Assembly (NCBI GenBank): GCA_035559535.1
Contig: DATMBG010000044.1
Span: 62,001 to 126,000, forward strand
Origin: Candidatus Limnocylindrales bacterium
GTDB lineage: Bacteria; Moduliflexota; Moduliflexia; Moduliflexales; JAUQPW01
DNA: 64,000 nt
Reading direction: 5' to 3'
Both the position numbers and the translations under genes were made by a program. This document shows, one piece after another, positions 26,745 through 37,545 of the stretch. The notes below the pieces were generated by a model, which did no database searches, was not told where the DNA came from, and saw only the letters and a list, made by a program, of their open reading frames with translations. Numbering within the stretch: the first letter of the stretch is position 1; each line of letters opens with the position of its first letter.

Positions 26745-27587
26745 CTAACGAACACCCGACGAGAGTAAAAAATCTATTACTATTCTATTAAACTCCTCGG
26801 CATTCTCTTCCTGGGGGGCATGCCCGGTCTTTTCCAGAATAACCAGTTGAGAGGTTTTAATCTCCCGATGAAATCGATAAGCATGCTGTACTGGAACAAT
26901 CCGATCTTCCCGACCCCAAATGAGAAGGGTGGGAATCTGAATCTGGTTATATAAATTTTCCAGGGGAGAGGGCCGGTGGAACCCAAACCTTCGAGCCATC
27001 AAAAGTTGTGGTCTGAGGTTTCGATCCCGGGTATAGGGCAGGTAATACCCTTCTACAACTTCTGGAGTAATTTGGGTTGAATCATAATAACAATTTCGAA
27101 GACCGCGCTCCAGGTCCTTTTTTCCGGCAAACTTGATCAAAATCTCTCCCAGAACAGGAGTTTCTAAGAGCTTCCTGAGAAGTTTGGAGGGGAGAGGATA
27201 CCCGGTACTTGCCACCAAAACCAGTTGGGTAACCCGAGAAGGATACTTAAGAGCTGCCGTCAGGCTGATCATGCCGCCCATAGAACTTCCGATAAGGGCT
27301 GCCTCCGGGATTCCCAAAGTATCCATAAATCGGATAACAAAAGTGGCCATCCCTTCTGGAGAATAATCACTTTTTAAGGGCTTATCGGAGAAACCCAGGC
27401 CTTTTAAATCCAGAGCATAGACGTGAAAGAACTTGGCTAAAGGATCTAAGTTTTTCCGCCAGGAAAAAGAGTGGGCAGATAAGCCATGGATAAGAATAAC
27501 GGGTTTACCCGATCCCCGGGTCAGGTAGTAGGTATTAAGACCTTCGACAGTAACCCACATGCCATTTAAATGATGCAAGGTTCCCAT
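26745..27587 (-). CDS. Alpha/beta fold hydrolase
   Basis: LIHGL, DLKGLGFSDKP, GSSMGG, WGREDRIVP, GHAPQEE. Confidence 0.9.
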   Translation of the reverse strand: MGTLHHLNGMWVTVEGLNTYYLTRGSGKPVILIHGLSAHSFSWRKNLDPLAKFFHVYALDLKGLGFSDKPLKSDYSPEGMATFVIRFMDTLGIPEAALIGSSMGGMISLTAALKYPSRVTQLVLVASTGYPLPSKLLRKLLETPVLGEILIKFAGKKDLERGLRNCYYDSTQITPEVVEGYYLPYTRDRNLRPQLLMARRFGFHRPSPLENLYNQIQIPTLLIWGREDRIVPVQHAYRFHREIKTSQLVILEKTGHAPQEENAEEFNRIVIDFLLSSGVR

Positions 27588-29812
27588 TACGGTAGCAAAT
27601 CCTCAAGGGGTATAATTTTCTCAATTCTACGGCCCTTCCGTTTTCTTGGCAGGGCTTTGAGAGTTTCCTGGTCAGATTTCGTCGGTTTTTGCTTCTCCGC
27701 TACCAGAAGAAAGTCTATTTGACGTTTGGGCACATTCACAGAGACAACCTGAACTTTAACTTCATCCCCCAGCCGATAAACCTTATGGGTCCGTTCCCCG
27801 ATCAGAGCATAACTATCTTCCTGAAAATGGTAATAATCATCATACATAGAACTGACATGGACGAGCCCTTCCACGTAAAAATCTTTGAGTTCCACGAAAA
27901 GTCCATAGGCCGTTACACCAGAAATAACACCTTCGTAAATTTCTCCCAGTTTATCCTGCATGAACTTAACCTTTTTAATGGCTATAATATCCCGTTCGGC
28001 ATCCATGGCTATCCGTTCTCGCATGGAAGAGTGTTGGGCCATCTCTTCCAATAAGGCTTCCAGTTCTTCCAATCGCTCCGGTGAATAATTTTCTCCTTCC
28101 CAGGTTTTTTTCAACATACGATGAACCACAAGGTCCGGGTATCTTCGGATAGGAGAGGTAAAATGGGTATAACATTCCGATGCCAGTCCAAAATGGCCTT
28201 CATTGGTAGCCGAATAGCGGGCCTGCTTCATAGATCTTAAAAGTAGCGTATTTATCAGCTTTTCAAGGGGCTTACCCTTCACCTGTTCCAAAAACTTTTG
28301 AAGGGTCCGTGGATGGATGTTGGAAGTACCTTTCAGATTGTATCCCAGGCTTCGAACAAACTCTTCAAAATCGGCGAGTTTTCCCGGGTCGGGTTTTTCG
28401 TGGATCCGATAGATGGAAGGAAAGTTTAACCAGGCCATGTGAGAGGCCACCGTCTCGTTGGCTGCAATCATGAATTCTTCAATGATCCGATGGGCTATAT
28501 TCCGTTCGGCCCTGACAATATTCTCAATATCCCCCTGAAGGTCCAGGATAATTTCGGGTTCTGGTAAATCAAAATCAAGACTTCCCCGCCGGATACGCTT
28601 TTCATAGAGGATCTGGGCAAGATCTCGCATCCTCTGGAGAGAAGGAATCAGGTTTCGATATTTTTTTAGCAGTTTCGGATCCTCCTCCTGAAGGATCTGT
28701 CGGACAAGGGTATAAGTCAATCGATAGCGACTTCGGATGACACTCTCAAAAATATCATAATGAACCTTCTCTCCCTGGGGAGTAAATTCCATGAAAACAC
28801 TCACCGTCAGTCGGGATTTTCTGGGGACCAGACTGCACATATCATCGGAGAGTTTAGAAGGCAACATGGGAATCACCCGGTCTGGAAAGTAAACACTCGT
28901 CCCGCGTTGATATGCCTCCCGGTCGATGGTGCTTTGTTCCCGGACGTAGTAACTGACGTCGGCAATATGAACTCCCAGGCGATAGTGACCGTTATCCAGC
29001 ATCTCTATGGAAACGGCATCATCAAAATCCTTGGCTTTTTCCCCGTCAATAGTCATCGTTAATAAATCCCTTAAATCTCTACGAAGGGTAATTTCTTTCC
29101 TGGGAATTCTATCTGGAATTGCAGCGGCTTCCTTTAAGGCCTGCGGGCTAAAGGCCACCGGTAATTCATACTCACGAATTACAATTTCCTCATCAATTCT
29201 GGGTGTATTTCGATCCCCAAGGATTTCGATAACCTTCCCGATAGGATTCCGACGCTGTTCCGGATACTCGGTTATCTCCACCACAACTATCTGACCATCC
29301 CGAGCACCCAGACTGTCCTCTTTTTCTACGTGGACATCGTAGGGAATTTTTGGATCTTCAGGGATGACGAATCCATATCCCTTGTGGGCCTCGTAGGTTC
29401 CCACCAATACCCGATGTCCGCGTTTGAGTATTCGAATAACTCTCCCCTCGACCCGACCTCTCCGCTCTCGCCGCTCAACCCGAGCCACCACTAAATCCCC
29501 ATGGAAAGCCCCGGCCAGGTTACGAGCTCGAATATAAAGATCCGGAACCCCTTTCTCTTTAGGAATGACAAATCCATACCCGCTGGGATGCCCTTGAAGA
29601 TACCCCACCACCAGGTTCATTCGACCTGGAGGGCCATAACGACCTTCACGGGTTTCTACAATTTCTCCCTCTTGAACCAGTTCTTTGATAAGCTTTTTAA
29701 AAGCAGACCTCTCCTCAGAATCGATCCCGAAGGCCTCTATGAGCTCTTTTAAAGAAAGGGGTCGGTATGAGGCATGTTGCATGAATTCTAGAAGTTGCGT
29801 TTTTGTAATCAT
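27587..29812 (-). CDS. rnr: Ribonuclease R
   Basis: N-terminal HTH and CSDs; TIDGEKAKDFDDAVS; HIADVSYYV; YTHFTSPIRRYPDL; S1 domain. Confidence 0.97.
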   Translation of the reverse strand: MITKTQLLEFMQHASYRPLSLKELIEAFGIDSEERSAFKKLIKELVQEGEIVETREGRYGPPGRMNLVVGYLQGHPSGYGFVIPKEKGVPDLYIRARNLAGAFHGDLVVARVERRERRGRVEGRVIRILKRGHRVLVGTYEAHKGYGFVIPEDPKIPYDVHVEKEDSLGARDGQIVVVEITEYPEQRRNPIGKVIEILGDRNTPRIDEEIVIREYELPVAFSPQALKEAAAIPDRIPRKEITLRRDLRDLLTMTIDGEKAKDFDDAVSIEMLDNGHYRLGVHIADVSYYVREQSTIDREAYQRGTSVYFPDRVIPMLPSKLSDDMCSLVPRKSRLTVSVFMEFTPQGEKVHYDIFESVIRSRYRLTYTLVRQILQEEDPKLLKKYRNLIPSLQRMRDLAQILYEKRIRRGSLDFDLPEPEIILDLQGDIENIVRAERNIAHRIIEEFMIAANETVASHMAWLNFPSIYRIHEKPDPGKLADFEEFVRSLGYNLKGTSNIHPRTLQKFLEQVKGKPLEKLINTLLLRSMKQARYSATNEGHFGLASECYTHFTSPIRRYPDLVVHRMLKKTWEGENYSPERLEELEALLEEMAQHSSMRERIAMDAERDIIAIKKVKFMQDKLGEIYEGVISGVTAYGLFVELKDFYVEGLVHVSSMYDDYYHFQEDSYALIGERTHKVYRLGDEVKVQVVSVNVPKRQIDFLLVAEKQKPTKSDQETLKALPRKRKGRRIEKIIPLEDLLP

Positions 29813-29938
29813 AAATAAAAGTAGTAGATGATCCAGAGATTTTTCTTATATGAGATTGCCGGGTTATCATATAATATATCTCTTAATGGCAGAGGTTTAA
29901 AGTATTTTGATATAATTGAATAAAGGAGGAAAGATTCT

Positions 29939-30703
29939 ATGAAATTTTCTTTTAATCTAGAGGGTAAAATCGCCGTAGTTACAGGGGCCGGTTCTGGGAT
30001 TGGCGAAGACATAGCTCTCAAACTGGCCAAAGAAGGTAGTAAGGTGGTGCTAAACGGACGAAATATAGATAAACTCAATGGGGTGGCAAAGAAAATTCGA
30101 GAAATGGGGAAAGAGGAGTTGGTAGTAGCCGCCGATGTTTCCAAAGAAGATGAAGTAGAATCCTTATTTGATCGGGTTATAAAAACCTATGGGCGGGTCG
30201 ATTTTTTGGTCAATAATGCCGGTATAAACATTCCCCAACCTCTGATTGAAATGGAAGAGAAGGTGTGGGACCAGATTATGGACATCAATGTAAAAGGAGC
30301 TTTCCTTTGCTCAAGGGCTGCAGCGCGACAAATGGTCAAGCAAAAATTCGGACGCATTGTAAATATTTCTTCCGTGGCCGCACAGAAAACCCATCCCGGT
30401 CGCGCTCACTACGGGGCCTCTAAAGCTGCCTTAGATTCCCTCACCCGAACCATGGCCCTGGAGTTGGCCCCTTATAACATTCGGGTCAACGCCGTTGCAC
30501 CCGGTCTGATCCTTACTCCTTTAAGTGAAGGACTCCTGGATCAGGCCACTCGAGAACGATTCGCCAGCTTAAAACCCATGGGTAGACTCGGTCGTGTGGA
30601 AGAGATTTCCTACCCGGTGTTATTTCTCCTATCCGAGGGGAGCAGTTTTATAACCGGGCAGGTCCTCATCATTGACGGGGGGTTGAGTATTAAGTTGTGG
30701 TAA
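29939..30703 (+). CDS. Short-chain dehydrogenase/reductase
   Basis: TGAGSGIG, VNNAG, YGASK, IRVNAVAPG, IDGG. Confidence 0.93.
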   Translation: MKFSFNLEGKIAVVTGAGSGIGEDIALKLAKEGSKVVLNGRNIDKLNGVAKKIREMGKEELVVAADVSKEDEVESLFDRVIKTYGRVDFLVNNAGINIPQPLIEMEEKVWDQIMDINVKGAFLCSRAAARQMVKQKFGRIVNISSVAAQKTHPGRAHYGASKAALDSLTRTMALELAPYNIRVNAVAPGLILTPLSEGLLDQATRERFASLKPMGRLGRVEEISYPVLFLLSEGSSFITGQVLIIDGGLSIKLW

Positions 30704-30810
30704 AACTAAGGGCCTGCCGATCCTTCCCGGGCGTTTATGGATCAATAGACCAGGGTATTTGATTTTATCAACCTTTTTAGTTTAGAAAGTCAAAACCAAC
30801 CCCTGTCATC

Positions 30811-30839
30811 TTGACATTTTAAACCCTGTATGGTAAGTT
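30811..30839 (+). promoter_or_regulatory. sigma70 promoter of mnmA
   Basis: TTGACA-17 nt-TAAGTT with a TGn extension. Confidence 0.55.
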
Positions 30840-30885
30840 ATTCCATACCATTTTATTATTTTTAATTCAAAAAGGAGGTTCAGGA

Positions 30886-31977
30886 GTGATAAATAAGGAT
30901 ACCCTGATCGCCGTCGCCATGAGTGGCGGTGTAGATAGCTCGGTGGCCGCAGCCTTGCTCAAGGAGCAGGGGTATAACATCATAGGACTTTCTATGAAAA
31001 CGACCCCCTGTGAGATGGAAGAGGAGCGGACGGAGCGCTACAACAGTTGTTGTTCCTTGCGACATCTGCAGGATGCTCGATACGTAGCGCACATGTTGGA
31101 GATTCCTTATCAGCTCTTGGACTTCCATAAGGAGTTCCAGGCCCTGGTAATTGATGATTTCGTTGATCAGTACAACCGGGGAAGGACACCGAGCCCTTGT
31201 GTGGTTTGCAACGAGAAGGTCAAGTTTGATCTTTTCTTCCGACGGGTTCGGGAGTTTGGGGCCGAGTATGTAGCAACGGGTCATTACGCAAAGGTCGAGT
31301 ATAACCCGCAGTCCGGTCGATATATCTTACGAAGGCCAAAGGATCTGGACAGGGATCAGACTTACTTCTTGTATGGCTTGACTCAAGAACAACTCAGTCG
31401 GGCGATTTTCCCCCTGGCAGACTATACGAAGCCTGAGGTTCGAGAGATAGCCCGAAAACTCGGGTTAAGGGTGGCAGATAAGCCGGATAGCCAGGAGCTT
31501 TGTTTTGTGACCGATAAGGATTATCGGGACTTCCTGGCTAAGAAGGCTTCCAATCATATCAAGCCGGGTCCCATTGTAGACAGAGCGGGAAACGTTCTGG
31601 GCGAGCATCGAGGTATTCAGTTCTACACCATCGGTCAGCGAAAGGGACTCGGAATTGCCCTGGGTAAGCCGAAGTATGTTGTGGCTCTCGATGCCGAGAC
31701 GAACTCAGTAATAGTTGGAGATAACGAAGATCTTTTCTCGAAGAGTCTGCGGGTACAGAATACTAACTTTATCTCTATTCCAACACTGATAGAGCCCATG
31801 TCGGTTTTGGTGAAAATCCGACATGTTCATGCGGGAAGTAAAGCAACCATTGTGCCGGGAAGTCAGGACCGTGAGGTCGAGGTGATCTTTGAGGAACCTC
31901 AGCGGGCTATTACTCCAGGGCAGTCTGCAGTCTTTTACGATGGAGATATTGTCGTAGGAGGCGGAGTTATTATTTAA
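30886..31977 (+). CDS. mnmA: tRNA 2-thiouridylase MnmA (C-type)
   Basis: AMSGGVDSSV, SCCS, TPSPCVVCN, ATGHYA, DQTYFL, DSQELCF, YTIGQRKGL, AITPGQSAV. Confidence 0.97.
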   Translation: MINKDTLIAVAMSGGVDSSVAAALLKEQGYNIIGLSMKTTPCEMEEERTERYNSCCSLRHLQDARYVAHMLEIPYQLLDFHKEFQALVIDDFVDQYNRGRTPSPCVVCNEKVKFDLFFRRVREFGAEYVATGHYAKVEYNPQSGRYILRRPKDLDRDQTYFLYGLTQEQLSRAIFPLADYTKPEVREIARKLGLRVADKPDSQELCFVTDKDYRDFLAKKASNHIKPGPIVDRAGNVLGEHRGIQFYTIGQRKGLGIALGKPKYVVALDAETNSVIVGDNEDLFSKSLRVQNTNFISIPTLIEPMSVLVKIRHVHAGSKATIVPGSQDREVEVIFEEPQRAITPGQSAVFYDGDIVVGGGVII

Positions 31978-32270
31978 AGGGGAAAGACAGAAGGCTGTTC
32001 CTCTCACCAGCTTAGAAAAGGCTTTAGTTTCATCGAAGGACAAAAGGCAAAAGGCAAAAATGAAGGGAGCCTTTTGCCTTTTTTTAATTTATACCCATTA
32101 CACAGACGGAACCTCCTTCTTTAAAAAAGGACTAACTACTTAAAGTAGAGAGCATTGCCCTGAAATTTCTCGCTTTGTAATTATATAGGTTTTAGGGATA
32201 TTTTTCTTGTAAAGAAGCAAGATAAACCCTTCAAGGAGACTCTTTGCGCCTTTGCGAGAAAATTTTCTAA

Positions 32271-33767
32271 ATGAAAAGATATCGCTATTCGTTGCTGGCT
32301 GTAATTTTCATCCTGTTTATTTATTACCCGGCGCAGGCTCAAAAGCTGGAGGGCCGGGTTATCGAGCATAAATTGAAAAACGGGATTCAGGTTCTCATGC
32401 TAGAGCGACATGAGGCGCCGGTTGTATCTTTCCATGTGCTGTTTGATGTAGGCGCCTCCGATGAAAGTGTGGGCATAACCGGAATTGCCCATATGCTGGA
32501 GCATCTGGCCTTTAAGGGGACAAAAACCATTGGAACAACCAATTACGAAAAAGAAAAGCCTCTCCTGGAGAAGTTGGATAAAATTGTCATTCAATTAAGG
32601 GAAGAACGTGCCAGGGGAGAAAAGGCAGACCCTGCAAAAATTCAACAACTGGAGAAGGAATTTGCTGAAACCCAGGCGGAGGCCAATAAGTATGTGGTAA
32701 CCGATGAATTCAGTAAAATTCTTCAAGTCAACGGCGGGGTAGGACTGAATGCAACGACCTCCCAGGATAGTACCCGATATTTTGTCAGCCTTCCGGCCAA
32801 TAAAGTAGAACTCTGGGCCCTTCTTGAATCGGATCGAATCGCAAACCTGGTACCCCGGGAATTTTACTCGGAACAAGACGTGGTGCTCGAAGAAAGACGG
32901 CTTCGGACGGATTCTTCTCCGATTGGAAAACTTTTTGAGCAGTTTCAGGCCCTGGCTTTTAATGCACATCCCTATCATAATCCGACCATTGGATGGGAAT
33001 CGGATATGCGCAACTATACCCGAGAGAAGGTCGAAGCCTTTTATAAAAAATATTATGTTCCGGCCAACGCAACCATTGCCATCGTCGGGGATATTAACCC
33101 TCAGGAAGTCATCGAGTTGATGGAAAAGTATTTTGGGGCCATCCCACCTGCCCCAAAACCTCCTAAAGTCGTCACCGTAGAACCTCCTCAAGTCGGTGAA
33201 AAGCGTATCCAGGTCGAATTGGATGCAAATCCCCACATCTTGATCGGTTACCATAAACCGGATATAAATCATCCGGATGAAGCGGTCTTTGATGTGATTA
33301 CTTCCATCCTCAGTGAGGGTCGTACCTCCCGGTTTTATAAAAACCTGGTGGAAAAGCGCATTGCCACCAATGTTGATAGTTTTACCGGCTTTCCTGGAGA
33401 TAAGTACCCAAATCTATTCTCAATCCTGGCAACTCCTCTAACTCCCCATACCAACAAGGAAGTCGAGGAAGGAATTTACGCCGAGTTAGAAAAGTTAAAG
33501 ACCGAATCTGTCAGCGCAGAGGAATTGCAAAAGGTCATCAATAACGTAGAGGCTTCCTTTATCAGCTCCCTGGCTTCCAATAGCGGCCTGGCCAGTCAAC
33601 TGGCCTTCTTTCAAGCCATAACCGGAGATTGGCGAAATCTCGAGAAACATATTGATCGGATAAAAGCAGTTACCCCTGAGGATATCAAACGGGTTGCTAA
33701 ACAGTACTTTATCAAAACAAATCGAACGGTTGCCGAAATTGTAAAAAGGGAGAAACCTCAAGGATAA
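32271..33767 (+). CDS. Exported M16B zinc peptidase, catalytic subunit
   Basis: Signal peptide; AHMLEH (HxxEH); NATTSQD; VLEERRLR; HPYHNPTIGW. Confidence 0.92.
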   Translation: MKRYRYSLLAVIFILFIYYPAQAQKLEGRVIEHKLKNGIQVLMLERHEAPVVSFHVLFDVGASDESVGITGIAHMLEHLAFKGTKTIGTTNYEKEKPLLEKLDKIVIQLREERARGEKADPAKIQQLEKEFAETQAEANKYVVTDEFSKILQVNGGVGLNATTSQDSTRYFVSLPANKVELWALLESDRIANLVPREFYSEQDVVLEERRLRTDSSPIGKLFEQFQALAFNAHPYHNPTIGWESDMRNYTREKVEAFYKKYYVPANATIAIVGDINPQEVIELMEKYFGAIPPAPKPPKVVTVEPPQVGEKRIQVELDANPHILIGYHKPDINHPDEAVFDVITSILSEGRTSRFYKNLVEKRIATNVDSFTGFPGDKYPNLFSILATPLTPHTNKEVEEGIYAELEKLKTESVSAEELQKVINNVEASFISSLASNSGLASQLAFFQAITGDWRNLEKHIDRIKAVTPEDIKRVAKQYFIKTNRTVAEIVKREKPQG

Positions 33768-33841
33768 TCCAGTGCAAGGAGAAAGGGGGGTAGGAGAGTT
33801 AAGAGAACATATTCTCTCATTCTCCTCCTCGAAATCACCTT

Positions 33842-35260
33842 ATGCAAAGAGTAACAAAGCACTTTTTTATTCTATTAAATATCCTCCTTCTTTTCTCTAT
33901 AGCTTCCCCCCTTCAGGCCCAAAGCTATAAGGACCTTAAGTTCAAGCCTCTGGAGTTTAAGCCACCTCCTGTAGATCGGGTTGAACTGGCAAACGGGATG
34001 ATTCTCTTTTTAGCTGAAGATCATGAGCTTCCCATTGTGAATATTTCGGCTAAGATTCGAACCGGAGGTATCTATGAACCGGCCGATAAGGTGGGTTTGG
34101 CCGAGCTTACAGGGATTGTTATGAGAACGGGAGGAACCCAAAGTCGGACCCCAGAAGAAATCAACGAAGAACTTGAATTTATGGCCAGCACAATTGAAAC
34201 AAGCATCGAGGATGAATCTGGTTCTGCGGGGCTTTTTACCCTCAAGAAGAATTTAGATAAAAGCCTGGAAATTTTTGCAGATATCCTGATGCATCCGGCC
34301 TTCGATAAGGATAAAGTAGAACTGGCTAAAGCCAAGGCACTGGAAGCCATCCGAAGACGAAATGATTCCCCTCAAGGGATTGCTCAGCGCGAGTTTCAAA
34401 AATTGATCTATGGAAAGACCCACCCTCTGGCCCGAACCACCGAAGTTGAAACCATTAACAATATCAGCCGTGACGACATGGTAGACTTTCACAAGAAATA
34501 CTTTCACCCTAATACGATCCTGTTGGGAATTACCGGGGATTTCAACAAAGCCGAGATGATCGAAAAAATAGAAAAAGTCTTTGCCGGATGGGAGAAAGTA
34601 AACGTCGACTACCCTGAAGTACCACCGGTCGATACCCAGGTCAAAAGTACCATTGCCCTTTTTGATAAAGATATCAACCAGGCAAATATCATTATAGGGC
34701 ATTTGGGAACTAAGATTACCAATCCGGATTATCCGGCCCTTCGGATTTTGGACGAAATTTTAGGCGGAGGTGGATTTACCAGCCGACTTTATAAGAAGGT
34801 TCGTAATGATGAAGGTCTGGCTTACGGTATTTATTCTAACTTTGAAGCCGGATTGCGAGATTACGGGACTTTTGAAGTAGTTCTTCAAACAAAAACAGAA
34901 TCTACTCGGGAAGCCGTTGATGCCGTTATCGATCAAATTAAAAGATTAACCCAGACGGAGGTTTCCGATGAAGAGCTTCAGGTAGCTAAAGATCAGTATA
35001 TGAACTCTTTTGTGTTCAGATTTGACACACGATCGAAAATTGTACAGCGTAAGATGCTCTATGAGTATTATGGGCTTCCCGCCGACTTCTTAGAAAAGTT
35101 CCGGGATAAAGTCCTGAATGTAACCAAAGCAGATGTACTTCGAGTTGCTCAACAATATCTTCATCCGGATAATTTGGTGATTATGGTCGTTGGAGATCGT
35201 AGTAAGATAGAAAAAGATCTGGCTTCGCTGGGGCCTGTGACTATCCTATCGAAAAGTTAA
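33842..35260 (+). CDS. Exported M16B peptidase, non-catalytic partner subunit
   Basis: Signal peptide; no HxxEH; LGGGGFTSRLYKKVRNDEGLAY (R/Y pair). Confidence 0.9.
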   Translation: MQRVTKHFFILLNILLLFSIASPLQAQSYKDLKFKPLEFKPPPVDRVELANGMILFLAEDHELPIVNISAKIRTGGIYEPADKVGLAELTGIVMRTGGTQSRTPEEINEELEFMASTIETSIEDESGSAGLFTLKKNLDKSLEIFADILMHPAFDKDKVELAKAKALEAIRRRNDSPQGIAQREFQKLIYGKTHPLARTTEVETINNISRDDMVDFHKKYFHPNTILLGITGDFNKAEMIEKIEKVFAGWEKVNVDYPEVPPVDTQVKSTIALFDKDINQANIIIGHLGTKITNPDYPALRILDEILGGGGFTSRLYKKVRNDEGLAYGIYSNFEAGLRDYGTFEVVLQTKTESTREAVDAVIDQIKRLTQTEVSDEELQVAKDQYMNSFVFRFDTRSKIVQRKMLYEYYGLPADFLEKFRDKVLNVTKADVLRVAQQYLHPDNLVIMVVGDRSKIEKDLASLGPVTILSKS

Positions 35261-35326
35261 GAAGTCTCCTAAAACATACCCCTGTTTCCTCCAAGGGAGT
35301 TTAGGGAGGTTTCAGGCTGATGGATT

Positions 35327-37186
35327 ATGTCAAATATGTCAGAACCCAAACTCATTCCCAGATCTATACTTTTCGGAAATCCGATCAAAACCAATCCACA
35401 AATCTCACCGGATGGAAAGCGGATGGCTTATCTGGCTCCGGTAGATAATGTGCTCAACGTGTGGGTAGGAACCGTTGGTAAAGAGGATTACAAGCCGGTT
35501 ACCCAGGACAGAGATCGAGGAATACGGATATATTTTTGGGCAGAGGATAACCGGCATATTTTGTACCTTCAGGATGTGGGAGGGAATGAAAATTGGCGAT
35601 TATACGCTGTAAATCTTGAAACGGGAGGGATCAAAGAACTTACTCCTTTTGAAAATGTCCAGGTTCAAATTGTAGCCCATAACAAACATCGCCCCCATGA
35701 ACTTCTCATTGGAATGAACAAGGAAAATCCCCAGGTCCATGACGTATATCACTTGAATTTAACCTCCGGAGAACTGAGGATGGTCGCCAAGAATCCGGGG
35801 AGTGTTGCAGATTGGGTAACCGATGTAAATCTAAAAGTACGGGGTGCAGTGGTTTCTACTCCTCAGGGTGGGTTTGAGTTGATGATTCGGGAAAATGAAA
35901 ATGCCGAATGGAAAAGGCTGGTTACCTGGGATCCGGACGACAGCCTGAACAGTGGTCCTGTGGGATTTTCTAAAGATGGCCGATTTATTTACCTCAAGGA
36001 TTCTCGAGGTGCCAACGCCAGCCGTCTGGTCAAGATGGAGGTTGAGACCGGTCGTACGGAAGTTATCGTTGGGGATCCTCAATATGATGTAAATACCATA
36101 GTCATACATCCGGATACCTATGAAATCCAAATGGTATCTTTCACCAAAGCTCGAACCGAGTGGGTGGTTCTGGATCCATCTATTCGGGACGATATCGAAG
36201 CGATCCGCAATCTCCACCCTGGAGACTTTTTCCTGATCAATCGAGACCATGCAGATGCCGTCTGGTTAATAGGGTTCACGGTGGATACAGGAGCCGTCCC
36301 CTTTTACGCTTTCGACCGAAAAACCCGAAAAGGGACTTTTCTTTTTTATCATCGGCCCGATCTGAACAACTATACCCTGGCTCCCATGGAACCCATCTCC
36401 TTTAAGGCGCGGGATGGGCTAACCATCCATGGATATATAACCTTTCCTCCGGGAAAGGAAAGAAAAAATTTACCCATGGTCCTCCAGGTACATGGAGGAC
36501 CATGGGCCCGGGATATGTGGGGTTTTAATCCAGAAGCTCAGTGGCTGGCGAACCGGGGATATATTTGCCTGCAGGTCAACTTCCGGGGATCTACCGGTTA
36601 TGGGAAGGATTTTCTAAACGCCGGAGATCGGGAATGGGGTGCAAAGATGCAAGATGATCTGGTGGACGCCGTGCGTTGGGCTGTTGAACAGGGATTCGCC
36701 GATCCGAAAAAAGTAGCTATTTATGGAGGTTCCTATGGGGGATATGCAGCATTGGTCGGCGCTACCTTTACACCGGACCTCTTTCGTTGTGCCATCGATG
36801 TGGTTGGGCCCAGCAATCTGATCACACTGATCAAAACGATTCCTCCTTACTGGTCCACCTTTCTGGCGACTTTTCACAAGCGGGTTGGTAATCCGGATAC
36901 CGAAGAAGAATTTTTGAAGTCCCGTTCTCCCCTCTTCAAAGTTGATCAAATCAAGATACCTATACTTATTGCTCAGGGAGCCAACGATCCTCGGGTCAAA
37001 CAATCTGAATCTGAACAAATTGTTGCAGCCATGAAAAGTAAGGGCATTGACTACGAGTATCTGCTTTTCCCCGATGAAGGGCACGGCTTTGCCAAACCGG
37101 AAAATCGGATCAAGTTCTATGCTGTGGCAGAAAAATTTCTGGCCAAGCATTTAGGGGGACGCTTTGAGGAGTCTACCGATTCATGA
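35327..37186 (+). CDS. S9 family (dipeptidyl aminopeptidase/acylaminoacyl) peptidase
   Basis: VHGGPW, NFRGSTGYG, GGSYGG, QGANDPRV, DEGHG. Confidence 0.94.
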   Translation: MSNMSEPKLIPRSILFGNPIKTNPQISPDGKRMAYLAPVDNVLNVWVGTVGKEDYKPVTQDRDRGIRIYFWAEDNRHILYLQDVGGNENWRLYAVNLETGGIKELTPFENVQVQIVAHNKHRPHELLIGMNKENPQVHDVYHLNLTSGELRMVAKNPGSVADWVTDVNLKVRGAVVSTPQGGFELMIRENENAEWKRLVTWDPDDSLNSGPVGFSKDGRFIYLKDSRGANASRLVKMEVETGRTEVIVGDPQYDVNTIVIHPDTYEIQMVSFTKARTEWVVLDPSIRDDIEAIRNLHPGDFFLINRDHADAVWLIGFTVDTGAVPFYAFDRKTRKGTFLFYHRPDLNNYTLAPMEPISFKARDGLTIHGYITFPPGKERKNLPMVLQVHGGPWARDMWGFNPEAQWLANRGYICLQVNFRGSTGYGKDFLNAGDREWGAKMQDDLVDAVRWAVEQGFADPKKVAIYGGSYGGYAALVGATFTPDLFRCAIDVVGPSNLITLIKTIPPYWSTFLATFHKRVGNPDTEEEFLKSRSPLFKVDQIKIPILIAQGANDPRVKQSESEQIVAAMKSKGIDYEYLLFPDEGHGFAKPENRIKFYAVAEKFLAKHLGGRFEESTDS

Positions 37187-37206
37187 ATCAACCCTTGGCA
37201 CAACAG

Positions 37207-37500
37207 GTAGGACGAATCGTTGATTTGTCCTGGGCGAAATGGCCTTTCGCCCTACCAGGTTACGTCAACAGCCTGGAGGGTTAGGGTCAATGGCCTTAAG
37301 GTTAAGGGTGGAAGTCCCGGCTAGAAGCGCCCCTACCTTATCCCCCCCCCGCTTCGCAGGGGAGGGGACTTTGACCGCAACGCTTCTTCCCGTGCAAAGC
37401 AAGGGAAGGTCAGGAAGGAGGCCTTAACTTAAAGCTATAGAAGGTGAGGGCGGGGGTCTACTTCCCTCCACTCCTGAAAAACTACTCCTATAAGGGAGTC
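37207..37500. repeat. Cluster of palindromic intergenic repeats between convergent genes
   Basis: GTAGGACGAA...TTTGTCCT and GGGCGAAA-TGGCC-TTTCGCCCTAC (37207-37255), plus C-run/G-run hairpins around 37330-37420. Confidence 0.55.
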
Positions 37501-37545
37501 GGGGAATTGTTCCAAATAAGCGGGTAATTCAGCTCTTTTATAGAT

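Noticed and set aside
32271-37186. M16B pair plus S9 peptidase as PqqF/PqqG-type PQQ maturation proteases
   Set aside because: Both M16 subunits carry export signals whereas PQQ synthesis is cytoplasmic; no pqqA-E nearby; such pairs are common
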